In this document: positions 21,301 through 24,368 of the stretch, piece after piece
Position numbering within the stretch: position 1 is the stretch's first letter
Layout: every line of letters begins with the position of its first letter
Source of the DNA: a virus
Lineage: Duplodnaviria > Caudoviricetes
Virus record (IMG/VR): IMGVR_UViG_3300037657_000155
Span: 1-25,987 of that record
Strand: one strand, 5' to 3'
DNA length: 25,987 bases
Notes under the pieces: model-generated
What the model was told of the DNA's origin: nothing
The model's database searches: none
Seen by the model: only the letters and a program-made list of their open reading frames with translations
Position numbers and translations under genes: made by a program

Positions 21301-21684
21301 ACCGAAAAGAGCCGTGTCCTGTGGGACAAAGGAGGAAAGCCATACAGACCAACGGCAGGAGAGACGGCAGCACGGATCATAGGCTTTCAGAGTTCACGGC
21401 AATCGGTAGCGCGGGAGAAAAGCAATGAGATGTACCAGGCAGAACAGAATTTTCTAAAAAGGAAGGATGCTCTCTACGAGGAGTTACGGGCCTGGGCGGT
21501 GGACCCGAAGAGGACAAATATTGGGCTGACGAAAATCTACAAGAAACAGAGTGAGTATAACCAAGCTATAATGAAAGCCGGACTTGTGGGAAGGGTGCCG
21601 TTGATTAAATCATCAGAATTGAGCCGGCAAATTAAGGGGGTGATGGTGCCGGTAAAGAAAAACCTTTTGCGGCTACAACGATAA
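6355..21684 (+). CDS. Giant polyvalent virion-ejected protein, 5109 aa (DarB-like in concept): N6A methyltransferase + Strawberry-notch helicase + JAB/RadC x2 + zincin-like peptidase + membrane-type termini
   Basis: GGAGG SD and GTG start; uninterrupted 15.3-kb frame. Motifs QQFSTPP, LEPSAGVG, NPPF, GDGTGVGKG, FDESH, YASATG, GRTHR, HNHPSG, HETIGH; hydrophobic Gly/Ala segments near both ends. Confidence 0.92.
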   Translation: MANDNFLDELAGTTTIAGKKAEKPAKRGFLDELAGTTETFGPDTDDRSTYRKVGEGMVGITREGVKGVARGWLQANKGIGSAIEYLGRIGDQYTGSPPEWGIDEVGPEHLGTPIPKADPNGPTYEPPPGPPKEGETTRFGKQIRQYWDEPLKKVEPEVGSIYDIKDPEGFFKWGAGALGQMGAQVAITAPFMIQGKAVQMAQVAPEVAKTTLGKKALSYLVEWAKLKPMDVPIAMMEGGEILGGQIERLEKGETRELSPLRGLAAIFIASKFEELGTEKATAKLLKFGPDVAEFAKKGLWNRISQSALTQMLGEGSEEFFQAYAEQYGINPNDLLTRKQFLEAVDAAAAGAVGGFGIGGVTGAIARKTYEAGTKDTTKAGEPVTGELGGQPATQPPFEGQPETQPATTPPGTQPPTMPPPPQPTPPGSPVDGQATAIVEQVKNSLENGQITAEQAGVIRQKAAAVLGEQHPEIQRMDRVILEHARMANLPSGMADGIRMAQEAQKAAEESAILPSEPMDELDEMTVPDIVEPQSTVSSGDVLELGTKTIEGKALTPGGYIAPDEKEIERSKKLLSLASDIGDQEAEIPSSDTTVTTNLKDDEKFSGTKQESANKSTSSAFSIGDRVTRGGRIGTVAQLYQPTEDQPTIRLYVKWDEDPNKQPNELTSMASAAPESEFKKITDQKAVTDKKNKGEWGETSVAVALQLKHPIPPDVLAKYPDIARQFGGKVPKESQTAKQENGDISAASDAIRRKHPHAGAMSFDEMPDGLTRTEADNALADELAQTIWGFTEKQRDNLGRSEYRLEHEEIEAPPSKKGYVSTNGIILGKAPNGTWTYGYNININNGGQGWYPGIYERKQYDTREAALLGAIQDYRNNLEKRVKDEQSATVKKEANILRSWLSSLEAGAQTKKAPAKKGNHEVTKEEETAAAEAKVKTPKTTKKPKAITEDTPFPYYTFFKQYRYFLPLLQKIRKGLDLAGGSDSRWNSFVQLFNEAMNNGEIPMKLPPSGLEGQERGTVEWTESEVFDLITDEMARFQNEGGKAQGQEHEIETAAIPLTEEQLQDDGFIPEKDIEAIVDTTEINIIGLKEELYEEGFSDTEIGQIVSGLEAASDNKIAGKEFAERLAALKEQVKKSKTEQPAPTTDGELFNTNDIFTLSGNQPVKQGEFKTAKEPKAELFARPKPVFQTEREKEEGQKKKLAEALAAKKKPQKINVPPTEDLSKKSINELVTDAFDVINHFIEEDEGKVSDTRIDYGKTEGIKQELYQMLRPILEEIAKRATTKGLDVKAYLFGAVDAQQEGKAKQFYEAAAAQYAEEQNKPVPEVVKTEAPKGIEEGPAEEGFSWGPLSSTLAEHIENIDAELGARLKKLAGPRFSDYEAVVDEIKKAMKEATERGETEKANNIKEELGVTTGNLRMPTAEQRAASRAMEGKETSTETTQETGAKKPPFGATELLGTIPDKENNLEIFIAGNINGNSFSVSIRDNDSMEFLPTVRIFPSEKQAWEVAGEIAQGKKAKIDPPDSWRDNLIKARMYAGMLGVKYEGDWYTSKIVEAIDKKLAENEALKPAEPPKGKTFDMNLSERIRDKTLEKVKPYLNPNNSETALLATIEKSADEAYGEIVDEILGSNEPLSTTQKVYLDTWDKKSFAEAVLNYIKRHDLLTKKQEAEAPKETPKPEVYKTGDRVVISDKHYSLPMRGRHGVIKAVGGYTMQAIFGGHTTHNVTYEVETDNGLTLMSMRAEDLERETGPFAGKLVKDVYFDNRYQTPENLFGMISYSKKHAQNSREAADRARKEANRASHLRVAASYDKDAQKYQDAFDAWAKKYPEEAERLRPKPKKQPPQQTAAPTPETGTVTSISDVHDALDKLKSVGLTLVKTTTKNGHPVWNLGGNTRNYKDAIKKAKGIWYGPKKVWSFYGTEDPTEKIIKAFDTMYSHPDMVPWQSKKGEQGKSPLTTDRGALIPKSSIGKNKYGQEIFEDEKGVRSIMEGPIRITEPVGLTPTRNGITFDVERKDPRFLTTDENTQTTAAPNAPTGQGTQPVQPQAPSPTEERMDADKIKAARAIMAKVDDALANQKTFTREQLMKWGEEAYGGTIASGALTWKDLFDAMELGINRYLGQGQRLYDPTRGMVIDARDTIDSIREHVLDKIPSQHGFRTKEMDEYQQFSTPPDLAYLMAWVANIKPGETVLEPSAGVGGLAVFARNAGAKVYVNELSQRRASLLRQMGFGQVFTENGEQLNNILPDHIKPTVIIMNPPFSATAGRMQGRRSPENLIRHIGQALSRLEPNGRLVVLTGKGLFGESKTFNEWLDNIDVTNDVIADITISGEGYRKYGTTYDNRLIVIDKTKTNATVIQGEVSDIKHAAALLKGVRDARNSVTEQPSAQPGSKEVSQGSRPVDAVLPPAGGGTVERGQGTAQQRPGPGGIPVLRGDGGAGPETGLEPAPEGRGPDGSERTADDISGQPGVGSSRPADEHAGSGGLLNTEPALTIQQTEEYTDEDLESGNIFEEYTPSIKIEGAQPHPSELVESAAMATVKAPKASYVPNIDKKLAETGALSDVQLEAITMAGQAHGEVLGSGVYLDAHGNVATSGSQENTTFHAFRKGFFIGDGTGVGKGREIAGIILDNWNRGRRKALWISQNTDLIHDAQRDLRALGMDPNLVIDYAGVKFGQPIKQKEGILFISYDTLKYKKGTVRRIDPVVAWAGQEFDGVIAFDESHNMGNALSTRGRRGTKKPSMKAVVGVELQSRLYNSRVVYASATGATEVANLSYCDHLGLWGKGTPFSSKRNFIEQISGAGIAGMEMIAQGLKAMGSYVARNLSFDGVKYETIEHELTENQKAIYDEMARSWQIVLQNIHAALQATGVTATNHTGQVVTRNGNARKNVMGAFWGAHQRFFNQIITSMQTPTVIKAIEKNLADGDAAVVQLVNTNEAQTDRAMARREEGERLEDLDLTPREGLMNYLEHSFPVQQYEEYTDDNGNIRSRPVLDSKGNPVINREAVAMRDALLRRLGMLKVPDAPLDMIIHHFGIEKATEATGRSKRLVDKTNDQGEKERVVERWSKAKGLNDIQAFMNDKKQLLVFSDAAGTGRSFHADRTEKNQRLRHHYLLQPGWRADRAIQGLGRTHRSNQKQPPYVHLVTTNLKGQKRFISSIARRLEQLGSLTKGQRDTATQGIFKLKDNLENSHAPQAFIRLINTIFRGGIENLSMAEFEQETGMRLTDDQGQLRDDIPEITQFLNRLLSLTVDRQEEVFNAFDAHLDRIIEKAAADGTLDAGMETILAKGAKRTREEIVYTGPQGEQTKYNEIEISEDAVTVNFQSSKVWAASGYVVNKKSGVVWAANRERITTDTSTGEVMAVVTLTSPRGTVSVVEAKDLKDGEKYDRIDDMAQAEAIWGEQHDMVPKTKTRKIHLITGALLPIWDRLPQEHVRVMRLKLDTGEKLLGRLIPDKSLNGVLKKLNVDKSTAAYTPEQAVNAILDNGETITLANDWTLKRVKTQGMDRIEVTGETLWRFETQLEQSGALIERISYKTRVFIPTGDDGITVMKEILAISPIFDVEGGGGPLTTSIAERKLEYGEKAKEQGALFNTDTAQPGRPSRRKPETILRQQEVVTERIGSYRAGTRKIENSDDVADIARNLLDDPQETFAAILMKDDGTVHSVHRVSRGGTSSSIVQPTVAIGQALNTEGVTGLWFIHNHPSGVAELSTEDKDVGVRLFRLAQGSGVMVRGIMAVTPMEYAAMNYGAFAVPDKTAKMPKRKQAETLPVVERRYSKQKTGRLAASSPASAIKIFNKAGIKEDSPDITVGFFDVRNKLISTITIERLTPIRGEIQRMLLQEAERRNASNMIVYAPQRVLLEGEAKNISNFGKAAGLQVLDIIDAGGSMQQRGMVTPDANPTFFKLTTAADMENLSFDIRPPKTPRFSVDQVRQFLALPLKQWKNIGKVQVIKTARDLPVRFMGYVREGDTIFGAYDQETDTTYIIADSIPNARAAIVTLIHETIGHRGITAIFRNADVDLIWQQIAKAYQGTPLMDRIVKGYGQKMGTLRLPLDLNDKDDRRIAVSEFIAHMAEAREATPVWTRIVGIIRAALRRIAPNLTWSDADILHLIDRARSYSGVVPKETTGTYFKKGMEGSTTGSTVVDDLLQKIEALAPPEPKAPSLEIKDWVRDHAKAAAVTIMSHMPENLPHAHFLERVLKNPLWYEHPVLKQLFNVMAHHRQETYHELFYDFNDVGEGATVSEALAKLRKSDKAGYEQLTKLLIEADTEWVREKEWTFTDRIRTMKVSEDVKRVALLIRSAFDKMLDARQAPMKELLKKLEEEGYEEDPFSLDEEGKKNFHVFTVRPTKEFDSFWTASGKERQERAGLPYHQGINYIMGHGRAGGIEVQAIHFSKEAFTEQTAEDWWNDHKRFFRKAHKDFKAELRQTIIGALQVMDEWRGYYFPRLRKTGKIVITAYRENNFGDRDYIREHGGKYWSELRKTELEKEGYQEIKVSDFQKLPESVYLNIKAIDIQKAIDYAVTGMKNTTSADLLAKFNEDLIEQAVNMIRERGIESTKIHRKTTGRVVQGFITDPVEAFLRYMSGVAGGMAKGEVSRKSTELLSQINPASEAKAYDTAKRYIEENLRNVDGADRIMAYAKSIATLKFLGFNPRSAVVNMTAMVTSAPAAIHQYAGDKKVSMVTVEKEIARAGISYAKHMAGKPLEAEEQIIAERITREGYDAPQLTRDALGAMQGGLERSWERIMKVAMYMFGKTEQWNRGTTILAAYKVAKIHFAKEGLKGDALQEAAYKAAIEATDKAHASYGKSNMPEWGQGTSVSAKVGQAMYVYGNFGHNYVQLLYDLGAKKHNIVGFTWALAAPVIIAGGAAWPFKDEMLWLINGMLRMLGITTGVDKFVWDKTRKHLGEQAEVLGRRGIFGLAGVDISGSLGIGLGIPTGLLGLTGAMGGVAEDIAKASHFVSIGQTGRALEKTLPTAASNIFRGIREAKTGVTTEKSRVLWDKGGKPYRPTAGETAARIIGFQSSRQSVAREKSNEMYQAEQNFLKRKDALYEELRAWAVDPKRTNIGLTKIYKKQSEYNQAIMKAGLVGRVPLIKSSELSRQIKGVMVPVKKNLLRLQR
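12841..13390 (+). other. N6-adenine DNA methyltransferase domain of the giant protein
   Basis: QQFSTPP (12841), SAM-binding EPSAGVG (12919), NELS, catalytic NPPF (13111-13122), LEPNGRLVVL. Confidence 0.9.
13379..13406 (+). promoter_or_regulatory. Intragenic sigma70-type promoter with extended -10
   Basis: TTGACA at 13379-13384, 16-nt spacer ending in TGC, TACAGT at 13401-13406 (TGn-TAnnnT); AAAGGAG SD at 13453-13459. Confidence 0.7.
13466..13795 (+). CDS. Nested +1-frame gene inside the giant ORF; 109-aa acidic helical protein of unknown function
   Basis: Has its own promoter-like sequence and an AAAGGAG SD 6 nt before the ATG. Translation looks globular, while the giant-protein frame over the same interval is G/P/R/A-rich low complexity. 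Confidence 0.78.
   Translation: MRETVSQNNHPLNQAAKKFLKDPDPSMLYCLQLVEEQWNEGRVPLNNVRGQEVYPFFEEMAGLDPKRAWNLLQRDGDLTDQKELPTISADNLAWAVVDQLTSMLEAADY
13860..16180 (+). other. Strawberry-notch-type SF2 helicase/ATPase (AAA_34 plus Helicase_C_4-like) of the giant protein
   Basis: LSDVQLEAI, Walker A GDGTGVGKG (14170-14196), Walker B DESH (14491-14502), YASATGA, SDAAGTGRSFHA, motif VI QGLGRTHR (about 15703-15726). Confidence 0.9.
17032..17060 (+). promoter_or_regulatory. Intragenic sigma70-type promoter
   Basis: TTGACA at 17032-17037, 17-nt spacer, TAAGCT at 17055-17060; ATG 5 nt later at 17066; lies in the linker before the JAB domain. Confidence 0.6.
17066..17245 (+). CDS. Candidate nested, leaderless +1-frame ORF, 59 aa (MARKQKSRVLYSIPTPPNLDDLHVENPKPYC...)
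   Basis: ATG sits at the expected transcription start of the 17032-17060 promoter; no SD; same +1 frame as 13466-13795. Confidence 0.4.
   Translation: MARKQKSRVLYSIPTPPNLDDLHVENPKPYCVNRKLSRKESAAIALEQERSKTAMMLLT
17215..17560 (+). other. JAB/RadC-like domain with intact metal-binding motif
   Basis: PQETFAAILM, then FIHNHPSGVAELSTED (HNH at 17425-17433), matching E..HxH..S..D. Confidence 0.88.
17665..17990 (+). other. Second, degenerate JAB/RadC-like domain
   Basis: RadC-like framework (SSPASA..VGFFDVRNKLI..EAERRNASNMIVY..GLQVLDII) but no HxH motif. Confidence 0.6.
18100..18680 (+). other. Zincin-like metallopeptidase domain typical of polyvalent proteins
   Basis: GAYD..TYIIAD, LIHETIGHRG (18328-18345) and downstream EFIAHMAE (18526) as candidate third ligand. 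Confidence 0.75.
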
Positions 21685-21751
21685 GAACCATCCTTACCGA
21701 GACAGCTTGCATTTTTATGATTATATTTATACGTAATCTGGAGGTATTACT

Positions 21752-21922
21752 ATGGAAAATATCTTGCTCTTAATCGGGATTGTCGCTGCCTGGTTTGTTC
21801 TGCAGAAGTACATTCTTCCCCGCTTCGGGATATCGACCTGACTGTCCAACAGCTGCAGCCCCGGGGACCGGGGTGCTGATAAAGATAAGAAAAAAAGTAG
21901 TGCTGATGATGAAGTCCGTTAG
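21752..21922 (+). CDS. Probable small membrane-anchored selenoprotein, 56 aa (MENILLLIGIVAAWFVLQKYILPRFGIST-U-LSNSCSPGDRGADKDKKKSSADDEVR); not in the ORF track
   Basis: GGAGG SD at 21740-21744, ATG at 21752, N-terminal hydrophobic helix. In-frame TGA at 21839-21841 is followed by an open frame with Cys five residues later and a GC-rich hairpin; TAG at 21920-21922. Confidence 0.7.
21855..21878 (+). promoter_or_regulatory. Candidate bacterial SECIS element
   Basis: CCCCGG (21859-21864) pairs with CCGGGG (21868-21873) around a GGA loop; extendable by GCA/TGC with a bulge. The loop starts with G, 23 nt after the UGA. Confidence 0.62.
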
Positions 21923-22046
21923 ATAGTGCAGCGTCATGTCCATTGCTTGTTATGTTAAAAGAGTATCAATGTTCTCTTGGAACAGGTAAGTCATAGGCCC
22001 GTTCCGCCTCTCAACGTACCATAAAATCGTATATTTCTTACATAAA

Positions 22047-22088
22047 CTACAGAAAAAGCTTGATTTCTGTAGGAATTGAGCGAATAAT
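22047..22088 (+). promoter_or_regulatory. Putative hup promoter overlapped by a 9-bp inverted repeat
   Basis: TTGATT at 22060-22065, N17, AATAAT at 22083-22088; inverted repeat CTACAGAAA (22047-22055) / TTTCTGTAG (22064-22072). Confidence 0.45.
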
Positions 22089-22189
22089 TCATTGAGATGC
22101 TCGATTCTACGGGGGATCACGCAACAGGCACAGCTTCTGCGCCTGATAATCATAGATATACCAACATCATACCCAAGGAGGTAGTAATA

Positions 22190-22528
22190 ATGACAAAGGC
22201 AGAAATCGTAGAGAAGGTAGCAGCAGAAATTAAGGTTTCCAAAGCAGCCGCAGGAAAGGCGCTGGCTGTGATTACCGGTTCTATCGCGGATGCTCTAAGA
22301 AAGGGTGGCAAAGTCACCTTGATAGGCTTCGGAACATTCTCCGTTGCCTCCCGGAAGGCCAGAAAGGGAAGAAACCCCCAGACCGGAAAAGAGATCAAAA
22401 TTGCTGCTAAGAAGGTTCCCCGGTTCTCTGCAGGTGCAGCATTAAAAGCAGCGGCTACCGGCAAGGCAGCCCCGGCAAAAGCAAAGAAAGCCCCTGCCAA
22501 AAAAGCTGCAAAACCGAAGAAGAAATAA
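22190..22528 (+). CDS. hup: DNA-binding protein HU with Lys/Ala/Pro-rich C-terminal tail, 112 aa
   Basis: AAGGAGG at 22175-22181 supports ATG 22190 (MTKAEIV); signature GFGTF..RKARKGRNPQTGKEIKI..VPRF; tail KAAPAKAKKAPAKKAAKPKKK. Confidence 0.96.
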   Translation: MTKAEIVEKVAAEIKVSKAAAGKALAVITGSIADALRKGGKVTLIGFGTFSVASRKARKGRNPQTGKEIKIAAKKVPRFSAGAALKAAATGKAAPAKAKKAPAKKAAKPKKK

Positions 22529-22539
22529 CTCACACTACC

Positions 22540-22567
22540 AGGCGGGTCTTCCGGGTCCGCCTTTCTC
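22540..22567 (+). terminator. Probable intrinsic terminator of hup
   Basis: AGGCGG/CCGCCT stem extended by G-U pairs and followed by TTCTC, 12 nt after the stop. Confidence 0.6.
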
Positions 22568-22587
22568 CCCCACCATCTTCCACGCTA

Positions 22588-22617
22588 TTGCCTGAAATCC
22601 CCAAGGAAGTGTATACT
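22588..22617 (+). promoter_or_regulatory. Putative sigma70 promoter of dinB (leaderless geometry)
   Basis: TTGCCT at 22588-22593, 18-nt spacer, TATACT at 22612-22617, ATG 5 nt later; no SD at normal spacing. Confidence 0.55.
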
Positions 22618-22622
22618 CAATT

Positions 22623-23840
22623 ATGGCAAAGATCATCCTCTGCGTTGACATGGACGCCTTTTTTGCCTCTGTGGAGCAGCAGGTCAACCCGGATCTCAAG
22701 GGCAAGCCCATTGCTGTGACCGGTGCCGGTGACAGAACGGTCATCACCACCTCGTCCTATGAAGCGAGACAATATGGCGTCAAGACGGGAATGACCCCGC
22801 ACGAGGCAAAAAAGCTCTGCCCCCACATTATCTTCATCGTCGGTCACAACAAGCTGTACGCTGAGATCTGCGGTAAGCTGGAAAAGATTTGCGAGCGCTT
22901 CACCCCTGACATTGAAACCTATTCCATTGACGAAATATTCCTCGACATAACGGGGTCCCACCACCTCTTCGGAGGTCCCGAGGAGCTCGCCCGCACCATC
23001 AAGAAGACAGTAAAAGAGGAACTCGGCATCAACTGCACTGTCGGGATGGGACCGAACATTCTCATCGCCAAGCTGGCAAGCGACCTGGCAAAGCCTGACG
23101 GCCTCAAATGGATACACAAGGAAATGGTGCCAATTGTTCTTCAATCGCTTCCCGTGAAAAAGCTCTGGGGCATCGGGCGCCATACCGAGGAGAAACTCCG
23201 CGCCATGGGAATCAGAACCTGCGGGGAACTGGGAGCAGCACCCCTTTCCCTTCTGACAAAAAGGTTTGGTATCCTTGGGGGTCAGCTCAAGGGGATGGGC
23301 AACGGGATACTGGATCGCCCCCTTGAGTCGGCTGACCGTGACCCGAAATCAATAGGCCACAGCAGGACCTTTCCGAAAGACATAGGACGACGGGAAGAAA
23401 TAGCGCCCCAACTTCTGAGACTGAGCGAGATGGTAGGCAGAAGGGCACGACGCTACGGGTATAAAGGCAAAAAAGTAACCCTTACAGTTAGGTATGCCGA
23501 TTTCAAAACATTCACCAGGCAGACCACCTTGACTACATATACAAACGATACCGGCGAGATCTACCGGACGGCCCTTTCCATCCTCGACGGGATACACCTG
23601 GTCAAAAGCATACGGCTCCTTGGCGTCTCACTCTCGTCCTTTGGAAATAACGAGCAGTTGACCCTCTTCGAGAAATCAGACCGGAAAGAAAGAGAGGCCC
23701 TCCTGAAAGCCATGGATACAGTGAACGAGAAGTTCGGCGAGAATAAAATTACTTGGGCATCAACGGTCAACCAGGAAAAAGGCCACAGCGTCATCTCACC
23801 TGCGTGGCGACCCTCCGGGGTCAGAAAAAGCGATGTCTGA
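22623..23840 (+). CDS. dinB: DNA polymerase IV (Y-family)
   Basis: CVDMDAFFASVE, SYEARQYGV, catalytic SIDE, AKLASDLAKPDG, LWGIG, KSIGHSRTF; clamp-binding QLTLF at 23655-23669. Confidence 0.96.
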   Translation: MAKIILCVDMDAFFASVEQQVNPDLKGKPIAVTGAGDRTVITTSSYEARQYGVKTGMTPHEAKKLCPHIIFIVGHNKLYAEICGKLEKICERFTPDIETYSIDEIFLDITGSHHLFGGPEELARTIKKTVKEELGINCTVGMGPNILIAKLASDLAKPDGLKWIHKEMVPIVLQSLPVKKLWGIGRHTEEKLRAMGIRTCGELGAAPLSLLTKRFGILGGQLKGMGNGILDRPLESADRDPKSIGHSRTFPKDIGRREEIAPQLLRLSEMVGRRARRYGYKGKKVTLTVRYADFKTFTRQTTLTTYTNDTGEIYRTALSILDGIHLVKSIRLLGVSLSSFGNNEQLTLFEKSDRKEREALLKAMDTVNEKFGENKITWASTVNQEKGHSVISPAWRPSGVRKSDV

Positions 23841-24319
23841 GAGTTGCCTGTCTTTGGAGGACTACTTAAGGAAATCGTGTTCACGCAAGTGTCTTGCGAC
23901 ATCCAAGATCACGGCTGGCATTCAATGACTGTTTTTCCTTGTAAGACAATCGAAAACTGATGAAAAATAAAAATATGGGCCTGACAGATAGGCATACCAC
24001 AAACAACTTACGCACTTAAAGTGGAGTGCGCGCTGGAGGCCAACGTTTGCAGCTTTATCAAAGTGATAACATGAAAATTCATAAGAGGACACTGTGCTAT
24101 TTTAAAGTGGAACGGATTCGATCTCACCTAAGAAGCTTGTGAGGAATCGGACACAAATGGCCCTGCATCTAGCGATCATGATTTAACCATGCGAGAAAAT
24201 TTTTAAACTGTCCATTGTATCCCTTTGGATATTGGTTTTTTGTTGAAAGGGACGATCGTTTACTTAGCCCTACAGTTCAATACTTCTTTCGTGTCATGCA
24301 TCAGAAAGATACCTTATAT

Positions 24320-24345
24320 AAGCCTGACACTGAGGCTTTGTATTC
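24320..24345. terminator. Possible terminator hairpin downstream of the oxidoreductase
   Basis: AAGCCT (24320-24325) / AGGCTT (24333-24338) stem with AT-rich flanks, about 30 nt beyond the minus-strand stop. Confidence 0.3.
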
Positions 24346-24368
24346 TGGGTTTTGTCCAGCTGCTGATG

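Larger units (their letters stand above)
1..21684 (+). mobile_element. Prophage late/virion module (podovirus-like: fibre/decoration genes, ejection proteins, giant polyvalent protein); left end outside the window, right end uncertain
   Basis: Tightly packed co-directional genes with Shine-Dalgarno (SD) sites. Order: small structural proteins, repeat fibre, three increasingly large low-complexity/membrane-type proteins, resembling the ejectosome order of T7/P22-like phages. Cellular-type genes follow. Confidence 0.8.

Noticed and set aside
21950-22153. Minus-strand 67-aa ORF (or 14-aa MTYLFQENIDTLLT)
   Set aside because: It overlaps the hup promoter region and has no recognisable protein features.
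22097-22189. ORF-track N-terminal extension of HU
   Set aside because: The HU fold starts at MTKAE (22190) behind AAGGAGG; the extension is more likely 5' UTR.
1597-23597. Numerous antisense ORFs (e.g. 2977-3591, 3878-4648, 6837-7727, 10485-11255, 14887-15663, 22150-22533)
   Set aside because: They are antisense shadows of GC-rich coding sequence, with Ser/Pro/Phe-rich unnatural composition and no recognisable motifs.
23841-24368. Intergenic hairpins (CGCACT/AGTGCG, TTATCA-AAG-TGATAA, GATTC..CTCAC/GTGAG..GAATC) and ORFs 24215-24460, 24225-24452; checked for tRNA/att
   Set aside because: Short stems only, with no cloverleaf or recognisable ncRNA; the ORFs lack an SD and overlap the oxidoreductase 3' end.
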